A stretch of 50,738 nt of DNA, taken from contig PFAT01000021.1 in NCBI GenBank assembly GCA_002773575.1, positions 1-50,738 of the forward strand, in the 5' to 3' direction. The stretch comes from Candidatus Falkowbacteria bacterium CG10_big_fil_rev_8_21_14_0_10_44_15 (lineage in GTDB: Bacteria > Patescibacteriota > Patescibacteriia > Patescibacteriales > XYC2-FULL-47-12). A program made the position numbers and the translations under genes. Of the stretch, positions 7,751 to 16,249 are shown one piece after another; the stretch's first letter is position 1, and the number at the start of each line of letters is the position of its first letter. The notes below the pieces were generated by a model, which was given only the letters and a program-made list of their open reading frames with translations, did not search any database and had not been told where the DNA came from.

Positions 7751-9985
7751 ATGAAATTTATGCTATTACCAAAAATCATTAAAATCGGTTTATACGCCAT
7801 ATTATTGTTGCCTTTAATAGTTACGCCGTTTACGATGTTTCCCTGGCAGTTCGGCAAAGTTATTTTTTTCCAAATTATTATTGAAATTTTAGCGTTCGTT
7901 TGGCTGGTGTTCTGGTTGCAGACGCCGGGCAGAGTTGAGTTAAGGAAATTAAACCGGTTAGACTGGGCGGTAATAATTTTTTTGGCTATTTTAGTGGTAA
8001 CGGCCGTAACGGGCGTTAATTTTAATAACAGTTTTTTCGGCAACCAGTCGCGGGCGCAAGGAGTAATGCTCTGGCTGCACTTTGGCGTTTTTTATTGGTT
8101 ACTTAAAAGTGCTTGGCGCGAAAAAAATGATTGGCAGCGTTATCTAAAAGCAACGGTAATTATTGCCGTGCTGGTCGGCGTGACGGCGATTTTGCAAAAT
8201 TATTTGCCGGCAACATGGCGGGGAGATTTAGGCCCGCGCCTGTCCGGCATCGTCGGCAATCCAGCTTTTTTAGCCGCTTATATCATACTGCCGGCGTTTA
8301 TTGCTTTGAGTTTAGTTTTTAAATCAAGCCGCGCACTTGAGACTTGGTTTTGGCTCGGCATCGCTCTTTTAGAAGCCGTGATATTATGGGGTACAGGCAT
8401 TAGAGGAGTAATTTTAGGCGCAGGCATAGGGGCTATTAGCGTATTGGCGATGGCTATATTTATATTAAATAAAAAACAACGATTAACGGCGGTTATTATT
8501 TTAGCGGCATTGCTCTTTACGGGCGCAACGACAATAATGCTCGCCCGCCTGCCTAAAGCGCAGGAGAAAGTCCCGTTTTTAACCGGGATAGCCAATATTC
8601 AAAATATTACTCAAGCCAGTACGGCGCAGACGCGTTTAATGGCTTGGCAGATAGCTGGGCAAGGATTTAAGAATTATCCGTTGTTCGGCATAGGAATGGG
8701 CAACTACGAAGTTATTTTTAACCAATACTATAATCCCGAACTTCTGCGCTACGGATTTAAAGAAACGATTTGGGATAAGCCGCACAATTGGCTGCTGGAA
8801 CTCGCGGTGAGCGCGGGGATATTCGGCGTATTAGCGTATTTAGCGGTATACGCGGCAGCGGTACAGGCGCTGGTGCGCAAAGCGCGGCAAGAAATAACTT
8901 CTAAAGATAAATGGGCGCAAATTATTTTAGCCGGCGGGCTACTCGCGTACTTTATCCAAAATTTATTTTTATTTGAAACATTTAACGCGCTTCTGATATT
9001 TTTTATTATTTTAGCTTTTATTTCCGGCAGGATATTTTCAGAAACATCAACTGATAAAATTTTGTCTAAAAAATCTAAATTCGCTTCGCTGATTTTAACC
9101 GGCGTTGGCGCGCTAATTTTATTTTTACTTTATCAATACAATTATCTGCCTTTGCGCGCTTCTTACTATTTAGCTTTGTCCGAAAACGCCGGCCGCTACC
9201 AAAATTCTCCCGCCGCTTGGGCAACCAATGCGCAGCTTTCTTTGCGAACCCCTTCTTATTTAAAATTAGAAAGCGCGGTGTTGGCCGCCTCCACTCTGGA
9301 TACCATGAGCAAGAAAAACATTATTAAAGACGGCCAAGACATTAAGGAAGCGGCGTTGATGTTGACGTCAATACTTGCGGACGGAGCAAAAAAATATCCG
9401 CAAAATTATATTTATCCGGTTTGGGCCGGGCAGGCGTATTTAGTTTTAGGAGAGTATGTGGACGCGGCTTACTTTGAACAGGGGCGGGAGTTTTTGGAGC
9501 AGGCAAGGCAAATTGCTCCCCGCAAACAGGAAGTGTACTTTTTATTAGGGCAGGCATATCTGTATCAACAAAACGCTGCGGCAGCAAAGGATATTTTGCA
9601 GGCAGCGGTGGCAATCAGCCCTGATTTAGGGCAACCGCATTGGTTTTTAGGTTTAGCGTATGAAGCGGCCGGCGAGCGGCTGAAAGCTCTGCCGGAATTA
9701 AAACAAGGTCTGCGGCTTGAGCCGGATTTACAAACCGAGCAAAATATCTTATATTTAATAGACATTTTGGCTGAAGCCAAAGATTATGCCACTATCCTTG
9801 ATTACTACAAATTATTGAGCCAGCGGCAACCAAATGAAGGATATTGGCACGCGAAACTGGCGGCGACTTACCTTGCCCAAGGAGATAAAGCAATGGCGTT
9901 AACAGAAATTATTACCGCCGCTGAGTTAGATATGCGTTTGCAGGCGGAGGCGCAAAAATTCATCCGAGACAATAATTTAAAATAA
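7751..9985 (+). CDS. O-antigen ligase (Wzy_C)-like polytopic membrane protein with C-terminal TPR domain
   Basis: 744 aa with more than 10 TM helices. Wzy_C hallmarks are TRLMAWQIAGQGFKNYPLFGIGMGNY and WDKPHNWLLELAVSAGIFG. The C-terminal ~250 aa are TPR-like (WAGQAYLVLGEY..., HWFLGLAYEAAGE...). Confidence 0.8.
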   Translation: MKFMLLPKIIKIGLYAILLLPLIVTPFTMFPWQFGKVIFFQIIIEILAFVWLVFWLQTPGRVELRKLNRLDWAVIIFLAILVVTAVTGVNFNNSFFGNQSRAQGVMLWLHFGVFYWLLKSAWREKNDWQRYLKATVIIAVLVGVTAILQNYLPATWRGDLGPRLSGIVGNPAFLAAYIILPAFIALSLVFKSSRALETWFWLGIALLEAVILWGTGIRGVILGAGIGAISVLAMAIFILNKKQRLTAVIILAALLFTGATTIMLARLPKAQEKVPFLTGIANIQNITQASTAQTRLMAWQIAGQGFKNYPLFGIGMGNYEVIFNQYYNPELLRYGFKETIWDKPHNWLLELAVSAGIFGVLAYLAVYAAAVQALVRKARQEITSKDKWAQIILAGGLLAYFIQNLFLFETFNALLIFFIILAFISGRIFSETSTDKILSKKSKFASLILTGVGALILFLLYQYNYLPLRASYYLALSENAGRYQNSPAAWATNAQLSLRTPSYLKLESAVLAASTLDTMSKKNIIKDGQDIKEAALMLTSILADGAKKYPQNYIYPVWAGQAYLVLGEYVDAAYFEQGREFLEQARQIAPRKQEVYFLLGQAYLYQQNAAAAKDILQAAVAISPDLGQPHWFLGLAYEAAGERLKALPELKQGLRLEPDLQTEQNILYLIDILAEAKDYATILDYYKLLSQRQPNEGYWHAKLAATYLAQGDKAMALTEIITAAELDMRLQAEAQKFIRDNNLK

Positions 9986-9997
9986 CCCCACAAATCT

Positions 9998-10684
9998 ATG
10001 TTTAATTCCAAAGCAAAAATAATTATCTTAACAGCCCTTATTTGTCTGTTAGTCGCACTAGGCGGCGGAGCAATTTATTATTATTCCTCTGAAGGTTATC
10101 AAGTAAAAAAGAGGTTAGCGGGCGATGAACAGTTGTTAGCCGTGTATGATAGAATAAAAGGACAAGAGAAAAAGAACAAGCAAGAAGGAAAAATTACCTT
10201 GGAACGGGTGATAATCATTGGCAACAGTTGGAAGGGCTTGGGCGATCAAACCCAAGACAAATTTTTTTACCAAAAGTCGTTAGCAGTGTATCAAGAAGGC
10301 ATTAAACTGTTTGGCGAAAAAAATGTATTAGTTTACTGGAATGCCGGTAAAGTAGCCGAGTATTTGGAAGATTACAATTTAGCCGAAAGCTATTACCGGC
10401 AGTCTATCGCCATTTCTCCTTCTTATGAAGACCCGTATCGCAATTTAGCCGACCTTTATCGCTTTAAAATGAACAAGGACCCTAAGGACATCATCGCGGT
10501 TTATGACGAAGGCATGGAAGCGACCGCCGGCAACGCCAGCTTATTTTTGGATAAATGCTCATACCTGCGCTTGAGCGCCAATTATGCAGAAGCTTTGGCC
10601 TGCTATAAGATTTTAAGCAAGAATTATCCCGATAACAGCGGTTATAAAGAAGTCATCCAAGAATTAGAGAGTAAGATAAAATAA
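9998..10684 (+). CDS. Membrane-anchored TPR-repeat protein
   Basis: 228 aa. The N-terminal TM helix is IIILTALICLLVALGGGAIYYY. TPR-like repeats follow (YWNAGKVAEYLEDYNLAESYYRQSIAISPSYEDPYRNLADLY). Confidence 0.75.
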   Translation: MFNSKAKIIILTALICLLVALGGGAIYYYSSEGYQVKKRLAGDEQLLAVYDRIKGQEKKNKQEGKITLERVIIIGNSWKGLGDQTQDKFFYQKSLAVYQEGIKLFGEKNVLVYWNAGKVAEYLEDYNLAESYYRQSIAISPSYEDPYRNLADLYRFKMNKDPKDIIAVYDEGMEATAGNASLFLDKCSYLRLSANYAEALACYKILSKNYPDNSGYKEVIQELESKIK

Positions 10685-10701
10685 AAAAGTTTTTTTTAAA
10701 T

Positions 10702-12999
10702 ATGCCTAAATATTTAGAATCAACCAAACTCATCGCGGCCGCTAAATGGCTGCTTTATTTAACTGCCTTTACCCCTCTAATAATTTCCGGCGCTTTTCTT
10801 TTCCCCTACATCAGCGCGCGCACCGTATTTTTCCGTCTGCTGATTGAAGCAGCGTTATTGGTTTTAATATTATTAATATGGTTATATCGTTTGCGGCTGC
10901 CGGAAAAAGGCGGCGGCAATTATATTTTCGTCGTCTTTATCGCTTTCGTAGCTACCAACATCATCTCTTCTTTCTTTAGCTTCTCGCCGCTAATAGCCTG
11001 GTTTTCAGACATTGAACGGATGTGGGGGATATTTACGCTCCTGCACTTATTTATGTTTTATTGGCTGTTGCGCACTTTTTTTACCGGTAAAGAATGGAAA
11101 ATATTTTTTTCTATTTCTTTAGCAGTAAGTTTATACGTAGCTTTCTACGGCATTATTCAACATTATCCCGACGTTTTTGGAATTAAATTATACCAAGCCG
11201 GCATCGGCCGCATTATCAGCACTTTGGGCAATCCGGCTTATGTGGCGATTTATTTAATTTTTAATGTTTTTTTCGCCATTTTTCTCTGGAGCCGCAGCCA
11301 TAAACTTTGGTTAAGATGGTATTATGCGGCAGTAATCGCGATAGATTTATTCGCCTTTAATTTGGCGGGTATCCGCGGCACGACTTTAGCCGTTTTAGCG
11401 GCCGCGGTCGTTGCCGGATTAGTTTACATAATTTTGGGGCATAAAAAAAGCTATAAAATAAGCATCGCCTCTCTTTTAATCATTGCTCCATTAATTTTTA
11501 CCTACGCTTTCCTGCATCCGGAAGGAAAGTTAGCGCAGAGCAATCCGGTACTGCAAAGAATAGCGACTATTTCCTTATCAGGCGACACTACCGAAACGCG
11601 CCTGATTGGCTGGCGGGCCTCTCTTAAAGGTTTTTTGGAACACCCGATTTTTGGGGTAGGAATGGATAATTACTACGTGGTGTTCAATAAATATTTTAAT
11701 TCAAACTATTATCTTTATGCCGCCTCGGAACCGTACTTTGACCGCTCGCACAACGCTTTTTTGGATGTATTGGTAATGAACGGCGCCGTCGGCTTCATTG
11801 TTTTTCTAGGGTTCCCCATAAGCATCGTCTATTATCTGTTGCGCGGTTATCGCGAGGGTAAAATTAATTTGGACGAATTGCTGATTTTTTTAGCTTTGAC
11901 CATCACCTATTTTGTCCACCTCTTTTTTGTCTTTGACGATTTGAACTCATATTTATTTTTTGTGGTTTTACTCGCTTTCGTTGAATACCGCTACCAGCGA
12001 GAGCCGCTGGTAACCTTTGGCGAGCAACGCGCGCCGCGCTCTTTAGTTAATTTGAGCGGCGGCGCCGCGGCAATTATCATTATCATTATAATGTATAGTT
12101 TAAACATAAAAGTGTTGCAGGCGTCCAATGCAGTCATTGACGCTTTTTCCTATCGCGATGATATTATGGCCACGACCGCTACTTTTCAGAAGGCGATTGA
12201 TTATCACATTATCCCTTCTCGCAATATCGTTACTTCTTATGTCAGTTACCTGACAGAAGTAGCGGGTAATTTGCCGGCGGTAGCGAGCGACGCGCAGAAA
12301 AAGGCGGCGTTAACGGAAGGAATAAAAAATATTATTATTGCTTTAGATAAAGAAATAAAGAAAGACCGCTTTAACGCTTTGCTTTACGATCGCCTCTCCA
12401 TTATCAATAATATCGCCTATTTGCTCACTAATGATAGGGCGTATTTACAAAATTCCTTTGATGCCGTTCGCGAAGCGATTGCCTTAAGTCCGGAACATCT
12501 GCATTATTATTACACGCTGGTTGACACTTATATTATCGCCGGCCGGATGGCAGAGGCGATCCAAACCGCTGGGGACGCGCTCAAGATAAACAGCGAGTAT
12601 GCGACCGGATATTTTTATTTAGCTAAGGCCTATACTGCCGCCGGGCAGTTTGACCAGGCGTTAATCGTCGTTAAACAACTAAAACCGCGCGGATATTTTG
12701 CCACCAACAACGTACTGTTTTCTTATCTGGCTAATAAATTTGAAGAAAATAAAGAAGAGCTGAAAGCAATTGAGGTTATGGCAGAAGCAATAAAAGTTAA
12801 CCCAAACGATGCTCAATCACTGGTGCGGCTAATAAAACTTTATCTAAAAACAGGGCAAAATGATAAGGCAATTGCCGCGGCGCAAAAATTACCGGCGGCG
12901 AACGCAAGCTTTGCCAAAGACGCCGACTATATTATCGGCAAGATTCAAGCCGGACAGGCGCCGGAATTATTGCAGGAAATTGAAAGTAGAGTAAAGTAG
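10702..12999 (+). CDS. O-antigen ligase (Wzy_C)-like polytopic membrane protein with C-terminal TPR domain (paralogue of 7751-9985)
   Basis: 765 aa. Motifs are TRLIGWRASLKGFLEHPIFGVGMDNYY and FDRSHNAFLDVLVMNGAVG. C-terminal TPR repeats are present (YFYLAKAYTAAGQFDQAL...). Confidence 0.8.
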   Translation: MPKYLESTKLIAAAKWLLYLTAFTPLIISGAFLFPYISARTVFFRLLIEAALLVLILLIWLYRLRLPEKGGGNYIFVVFIAFVATNIISSFFSFSPLIAWFSDIERMWGIFTLLHLFMFYWLLRTFFTGKEWKIFFSISLAVSLYVAFYGIIQHYPDVFGIKLYQAGIGRIISTLGNPAYVAIYLIFNVFFAIFLWSRSHKLWLRWYYAAVIAIDLFAFNLAGIRGTTLAVLAAAVVAGLVYIILGHKKSYKISIASLLIIAPLIFTYAFLHPEGKLAQSNPVLQRIATISLSGDTTETRLIGWRASLKGFLEHPIFGVGMDNYYVVFNKYFNSNYYLYAASEPYFDRSHNAFLDVLVMNGAVGFIVFLGFPISIVYYLLRGYREGKINLDELLIFLALTITYFVHLFFVFDDLNSYLFFVVLLAFVEYRYQREPLVTFGEQRAPRSLVNLSGGAAAIIIIIIMYSLNIKVLQASNAVIDAFSYRDDIMATTATFQKAIDYHIIPSRNIVTSYVSYLTEVAGNLPAVASDAQKKAALTEGIKNIIIALDKEIKKDRFNALLYDRLSIINNIAYLLTNDRAYLQNSFDAVREAIALSPEHLHYYYTLVDTYIIAGRMAEAIQTAGDALKINSEYATGYFYLAKAYTAAGQFDQALIVVKQLKPRGYFATNNVLFSYLANKFEENKEELKAIEVMAEAIKVNPNDAQSLVRLIKLYLKTGQNDKAIAAAQKLPAANASFAKDADYIIGKIQAGQAPELLQEIESRVK

Positions 13000-13025
13000 A
13001 GTAAATAAATAAAAGTTAAAAAAAT

Positions 13026-13052
13026 AAAAGCCGCTCTGGGGCGACTTTTTTT
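13026..13052. terminator. Possible bidirectional terminator between convergent genes
   Basis: AAAAGCCGCTCTGGGGCGACTTTTTTT. The imperfect stem is flanked by an A-run and a T-run. The structure is weak. Confidence 0.35.
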
Positions 13053-13065
13053 GTTACTAATAAAT

Positions 13066-14232
13066 TTAACGGCTATACAAATTGGCTGTTTTTTTTATCA
13101 TAGTCTGTAAGCCGTATTTAGCGATTACTTGTTTATTAGCCTCAACTCCTATTTGTTTACTAACGGACGAACGGTTTAGGGCGTAACTTAATTTATCCGC
13201 TAAAGCGGCGGCGTTGCCGGACTTAACCAACAGCCCGGTTTGGCCATCGGTAATTATTTCCGGAATGGCGCCGACGGGTGTCGCCACAATCGGCAAACCC
13301 GCTTGCATCGCTTCCAAGATGGAATAGGGCAGGCCTTCTTTAACGGAAGAACAGACATAAATATCAAAAGCCGGCAGAAGTTGAGCGGCGTCGCCAATTG
13401 AACCCGTTAGAATTATTTTATTTTGTAATTCGCAATTGTTAATTCGTAATTGCAAATTGTTTTGTTCAGGGCCGGAGCCAATGATAATTAACTTAATATT
13501 GGATATTGGATATTGCCTGCCTGCCGGCGAGGCAGGGATATTGGATATTTTTATTGCTTCAATAAGATACTCGTAGCCCTTATTTTTGTATAGATTGCCG
13601 ATAGAGCCGATAAGTATCGTTTGGTCGTCAATTGGCGCGCCAGTTATTTTTGCCAGTCGCGCGCGCGCTTCCGGCCGTGATAAAAAGTCCATGGGCGCGA
13701 TGCCGTTGTAAATGACGCTTATTTTTTTTGCGGGCGCAATTTGACGCCGCACAGTATTTTGTTTTTCAAATTCAGAAAGGCAAATTATGTTAGTTTTTAA
13801 TTTTGCCGTCCATTTTTCCAATAGCAAGTAAAAGGTTTTTTTCCGCCAAGGCAGATTTTCATTAAACACCCAGCCGTGCACCGTATAGATTATTTTTGGC
13901 ACTTGACACCACCACGCGGCCAGCGAGCCGAGAATGCTGATTTTAGAGCTGTTTAAATGGACAATGTCCGGCTTTTCTGTCTGAATTAAATGTACAATTT
14001 GCCAAAAAGCTGACCAATCATGCCAAGGGGAAATAGCCCGTTTTAAGCGTGAGAGCGGTAGATAGCGAATGCCGGACTTATTGAGTTTTTTTGCCAATTC
14101 TCCCTCATAACCTTGCCCACCACTGGCGACTACAATAGTAAAATTTTCGCTAAGGTTAGTAGCTAAATCGTAGACATATCGTTGCGCTCCGCCAAAGTCT
14201 GATTGGGTGACAAGGTAAAGTATTTTTAACAT
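13066..14232 (-). CDS. GT4-family (GT-B) glycosyltransferase
   Basis: 388 aa. The N-terminus reads MLKILYLVTQSDFGGAQRYV. The C-domain has GNLYKNKGYEYL...IIIGSGPE...SSVKEGLPYSILEAMQAGLPIVATPVGAIPEII (EX7E region). It carries two repeat arrays. Confidence 0.85.
   Translation of the reverse strand: MLKILYLVTQSDFGGAQRYVYDLATNLSENFTIVVASGGQGYEGELAKKLNKSGIRYLPLSRLKRAISPWHDWSAFWQIVHLIQTEKPDIVHLNSSKISILGSLAAWWCQVPKIIYTVHGWVFNENLPWRKKTFYLLLEKWTAKLKTNIICLSEFEKQNTVRRQIAPAKKISVIYNGIAPMDFLSRPEARARLAKITGAPIDDQTILIGSIGNLYKNKGYEYLIEAIKISNIPASPAGRQYPISNIKLIIIGSGPEQNNLQLRINNCELQNKIILTGSIGDAAQLLPAFDIYVCSSVKEGLPYSILEAMQAGLPIVATPVGAIPEIITDGQTGLLVKSGNAAALADKLSYALNRSSVSKQIGVEANKQVIAKYGLQTMIKKTANLYSR
13418..13459 (-). 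repeat. In-frame heptamer array (coding sense CAATTTG CAATTAC GAATTAA CAATTGC GAATTAC AAAATAA)
   Basis: 6 x 7 nt = 42 nt. It encodes NLQLRINNCELQNK at the position of the usual ..L..ELGI.D.V.F.G helix/loop. Confidence 0.8.
13496..13551 (-). repeat. In-frame heptamer array interrupted by a 21-nt GC-rich palindrome
   Basis: On the plus strand the units read ATATTGG ATATTGG ATATTGC | CTGCCTG CCGGCGA GGCAGGG | ATATTGG ATATTTT. A hairpin CCTGCC-GGCGA-GGCAGG lies at 13520-13536. The array encodes KISNIPASPAGRQYPISNIK. Confidence 0.8.
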
Positions 14233-14350
14233 ATGATGATTGACTTTTTTGTCTATTTATTAAATAATACCTTATAGAATAGCTAAATTCAAGTATGCTA
14301 TTTAAACTAAGATATAATCTTAGTTTATTTTGATATTATTAAATTTTTTT

Positions 14351-15220
14351 ATGAAAAAATTAATCGGGTTTTGCGGCCAGGGCTGGATTGGCAAAAATTA
14401 CGCCGACAATTTTGGGGAGCGCGGCTATGAAGTAGTGCGTTACGCCAAGGAAGAGCCGTACGTTAAAAATAAAGAAGCTGTTAAAAATTGCGATATCGTT
14501 TTTATCGCCGTGCCGACGCCCACCACGCCGCAAGGATTTGACGACGGCATTTTGCGTTCGGTCGTGCCGTTGGTGGGAGAAGGCAAAATCGCCGTCATTA
14601 AATCAACAGTATTACCCGGCACGACCGAATCAATTCAGGCCGAGAACAAAAATATTTTCGTAATGCACTCGCCGGAATTCCTGACGGAGAGCAGCGCCGC
14701 TTATGACGCGGCTAACCCCAACCGCAACATCGTCGGGATTGCGGAAGACAGCGATGCGCACCGGGCCAAAGCGAAAGAGGTGATGGAGGTTTTACCGTAC
14801 GCGCCTTATCAATTAGTTTGCCGCGCGCGCGAGGCGGAACTGATTAAATATGGCGGCAATTGCTGGTTTTTTTTCAAAGTTATTTTTATCAACATGCTTT
14901 ACGACTTGGCGCAGAAGTCGGGCGTGCAATGGGAGACGGTGCAGGATGCGATGGCCGCTGACCCCAGAATCGGCCGCACTCATTTGAATCCCATCCATCA
15001 AGGCGGGCGCGGCGCCGGCGGGCATTGCTTTATCAAAGATTTCGCGGCTTTTACCGACATTTACCGGCGTCAGTCAGGCGATAATTTAGGCAGGCAAGCG
15101 CTGGAAAGTTTAGCGCAAAAAAATATAGATTTACTCATTAAGAGCAAAAAAGACATTGATTTGCTAAAGGGAGTGTATGGCGATAAAGTGATCGGTGATA
15201 AACTGGCCGGTAATCAATAA
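14351..15220 (+). CDS. Short UDP-glucose/GDP-mannose dehydrogenase-family protein lacking the C-terminal nucleotide-sugar-binding domain
   Basis: The start is taken at ATG 14351 (MKKLIGFCGQGWIG gives the GxGxxG motif); the track's TTG at 14330 is rejected. The catalytic-Cys motif is GGRGAGGHCFIKD. The protein ends about 64 aa after that Cys and is only ~289 aa long. Confidence 0.75.
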   Translation: MKKLIGFCGQGWIGKNYADNFGERGYEVVRYAKEEPYVKNKEAVKNCDIVFIAVPTPTTPQGFDDGILRSVVPLVGEGKIAVIKSTVLPGTTESIQAENKNIFVMHSPEFLTESSAAYDAANPNRNIVGIAEDSDAHRAKAKEVMEVLPYAPYQLVCRAREAELIKYGGNCWFFFKVIFINMLYDLAQKSGVQWETVQDAMAADPRIGRTHLNPIHQGGRGAGGHCFIKDFAAFTDIYRRQSGDNLGRQALESLAQKNIDLLIKSKKDIDLLKGVYGDKVIGDKLAGNQ

Positions 15221-15245
15221 CCAACTAACTTTTTATATCAAAAAT

Positions 15246-15305
15246 ATGAATAAATGCCTGGTTACGGGAGGGGCGGGGTTTACCCCCGCACCGGTAATTA
15301 TTTAA
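15246..15305 (+). pseudogene. 5' stub of an SDR epimerase gene (19 codons)
   Basis: ATG AAT AAA TGC CTG GTT ACG GGA GGG GCG GGG TTT ... TAA translates to [19 protein letters not shown]. It carries the TGGAGF Rossmann motif of the intact genes at 15351 and 16250. Confidence 0.4.
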
Positions 15306-15350
15306 AATAGTTTTTGGGATTACTTCATTTAATTTTTTTGATTAAATTTT

Positions 15351-16247
15351 ATGAATATATTAGTTACAGGTGGCGCGGGGTTTATCGGTTCTAACCTCGT
15401 TGACGCGCTGATTAAGCGCGGCGATGAAGTCGTTATTTTGGATAATTTATCTACCGGCAAACGGGAAAATATTAATCCGCAAGCGCAATTTATTGAAGTT
15501 GACTTGCGCGATTTAGAAAAAATAAAGCCGTATTTCAGCGGCGTGAATTATGTTTTCCACTGCGCGGCGCTGGCGCGGGTACAGCCCTCAATTGAGGACC
15601 CGGTTAAATATAACGACCATAATGTCAACAGCACCCTGAATGTGCTCGTCGCCGCGCGCGACGCGAAAGTAAAAAAAGTAGTTTATTCCGCCTCTTCTTC
15701 CGCTTACGGCAATCAAACGCAAATGCCGCTTAAAGAAGATATGCCGCCACAGCCAATGAGTCCCTATGGACTGCAAAAATATATCGGCGAAGAATATTGC
15801 CGTTTGTTTTTCATAGTTTATAAATTGCCAACCGTTTGTTTGCGTTACTTCAACGTGTACGGGCCGCGGATGGCGACCGTTGGCGCTTATGCCTGCGCGA
15901 TTTCAATTTTTGGCCAGCAGCGCAAACAAGGCCAGACGATGACGGTCGTCGGAGACGGCCAGCAGCGCCGGGACAACACGTTTGTCGGCGACGTAGTACG
16001 GGCCAATATTTTAGCCGCTGACAGTGGCCTTGGGGACGGGCGCTCGATTAATATCGGTCGAGGCAAGAATAACAGCGTCAATGAAATGGCCGCGATGATT
16101 GGCGGACCAACAACGAATTTGCCGCCGCGCCTTGAACCGCGGGAAACGCTCGCTGATAATTCGCTCGCGCGCGAATTGCTCGGCTGGGAGCCGAAAGTTA
16201 ATTTAGAAGAGTGGATTTTAGAATATAAAAAGGAGTTAGGAATTTAG
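15351..16247 (+). CDS. NAD-dependent nucleotide-sugar epimerase/dehydratase (extended SDR)
   Basis: [21 protein letters not shown] and the catalytic [11 protein letters not shown] (YxxxK). Confidence 0.85.
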   Translation: MNILVTGGAGFIGSNLVDALIKRGDEVVILDNLSTGKRENINPQAQFIEVDLRDLEKIKPYFSGVNYVFHCAALARVQPSIEDPVKYNDHNVNSTLNVLVAARDAKVKKVVYSASSSAYGNQTQMPLKEDMPPQPMSPYGLQKYIGEEYCRLFFIVYKLPTVCLRYFNVYGPRMATVGAYACAISIFGQQRKQGQTMTVVGDGQQRRDNTFVGDVVRANILAADSGLGDGRSINIGRGKNNSVNEMAAMIGGPTTNLPPRLEPRETLADNSLARELLGWEPKVNLEEWILEYKKELGI

Positions 16248-16249
16248 CT

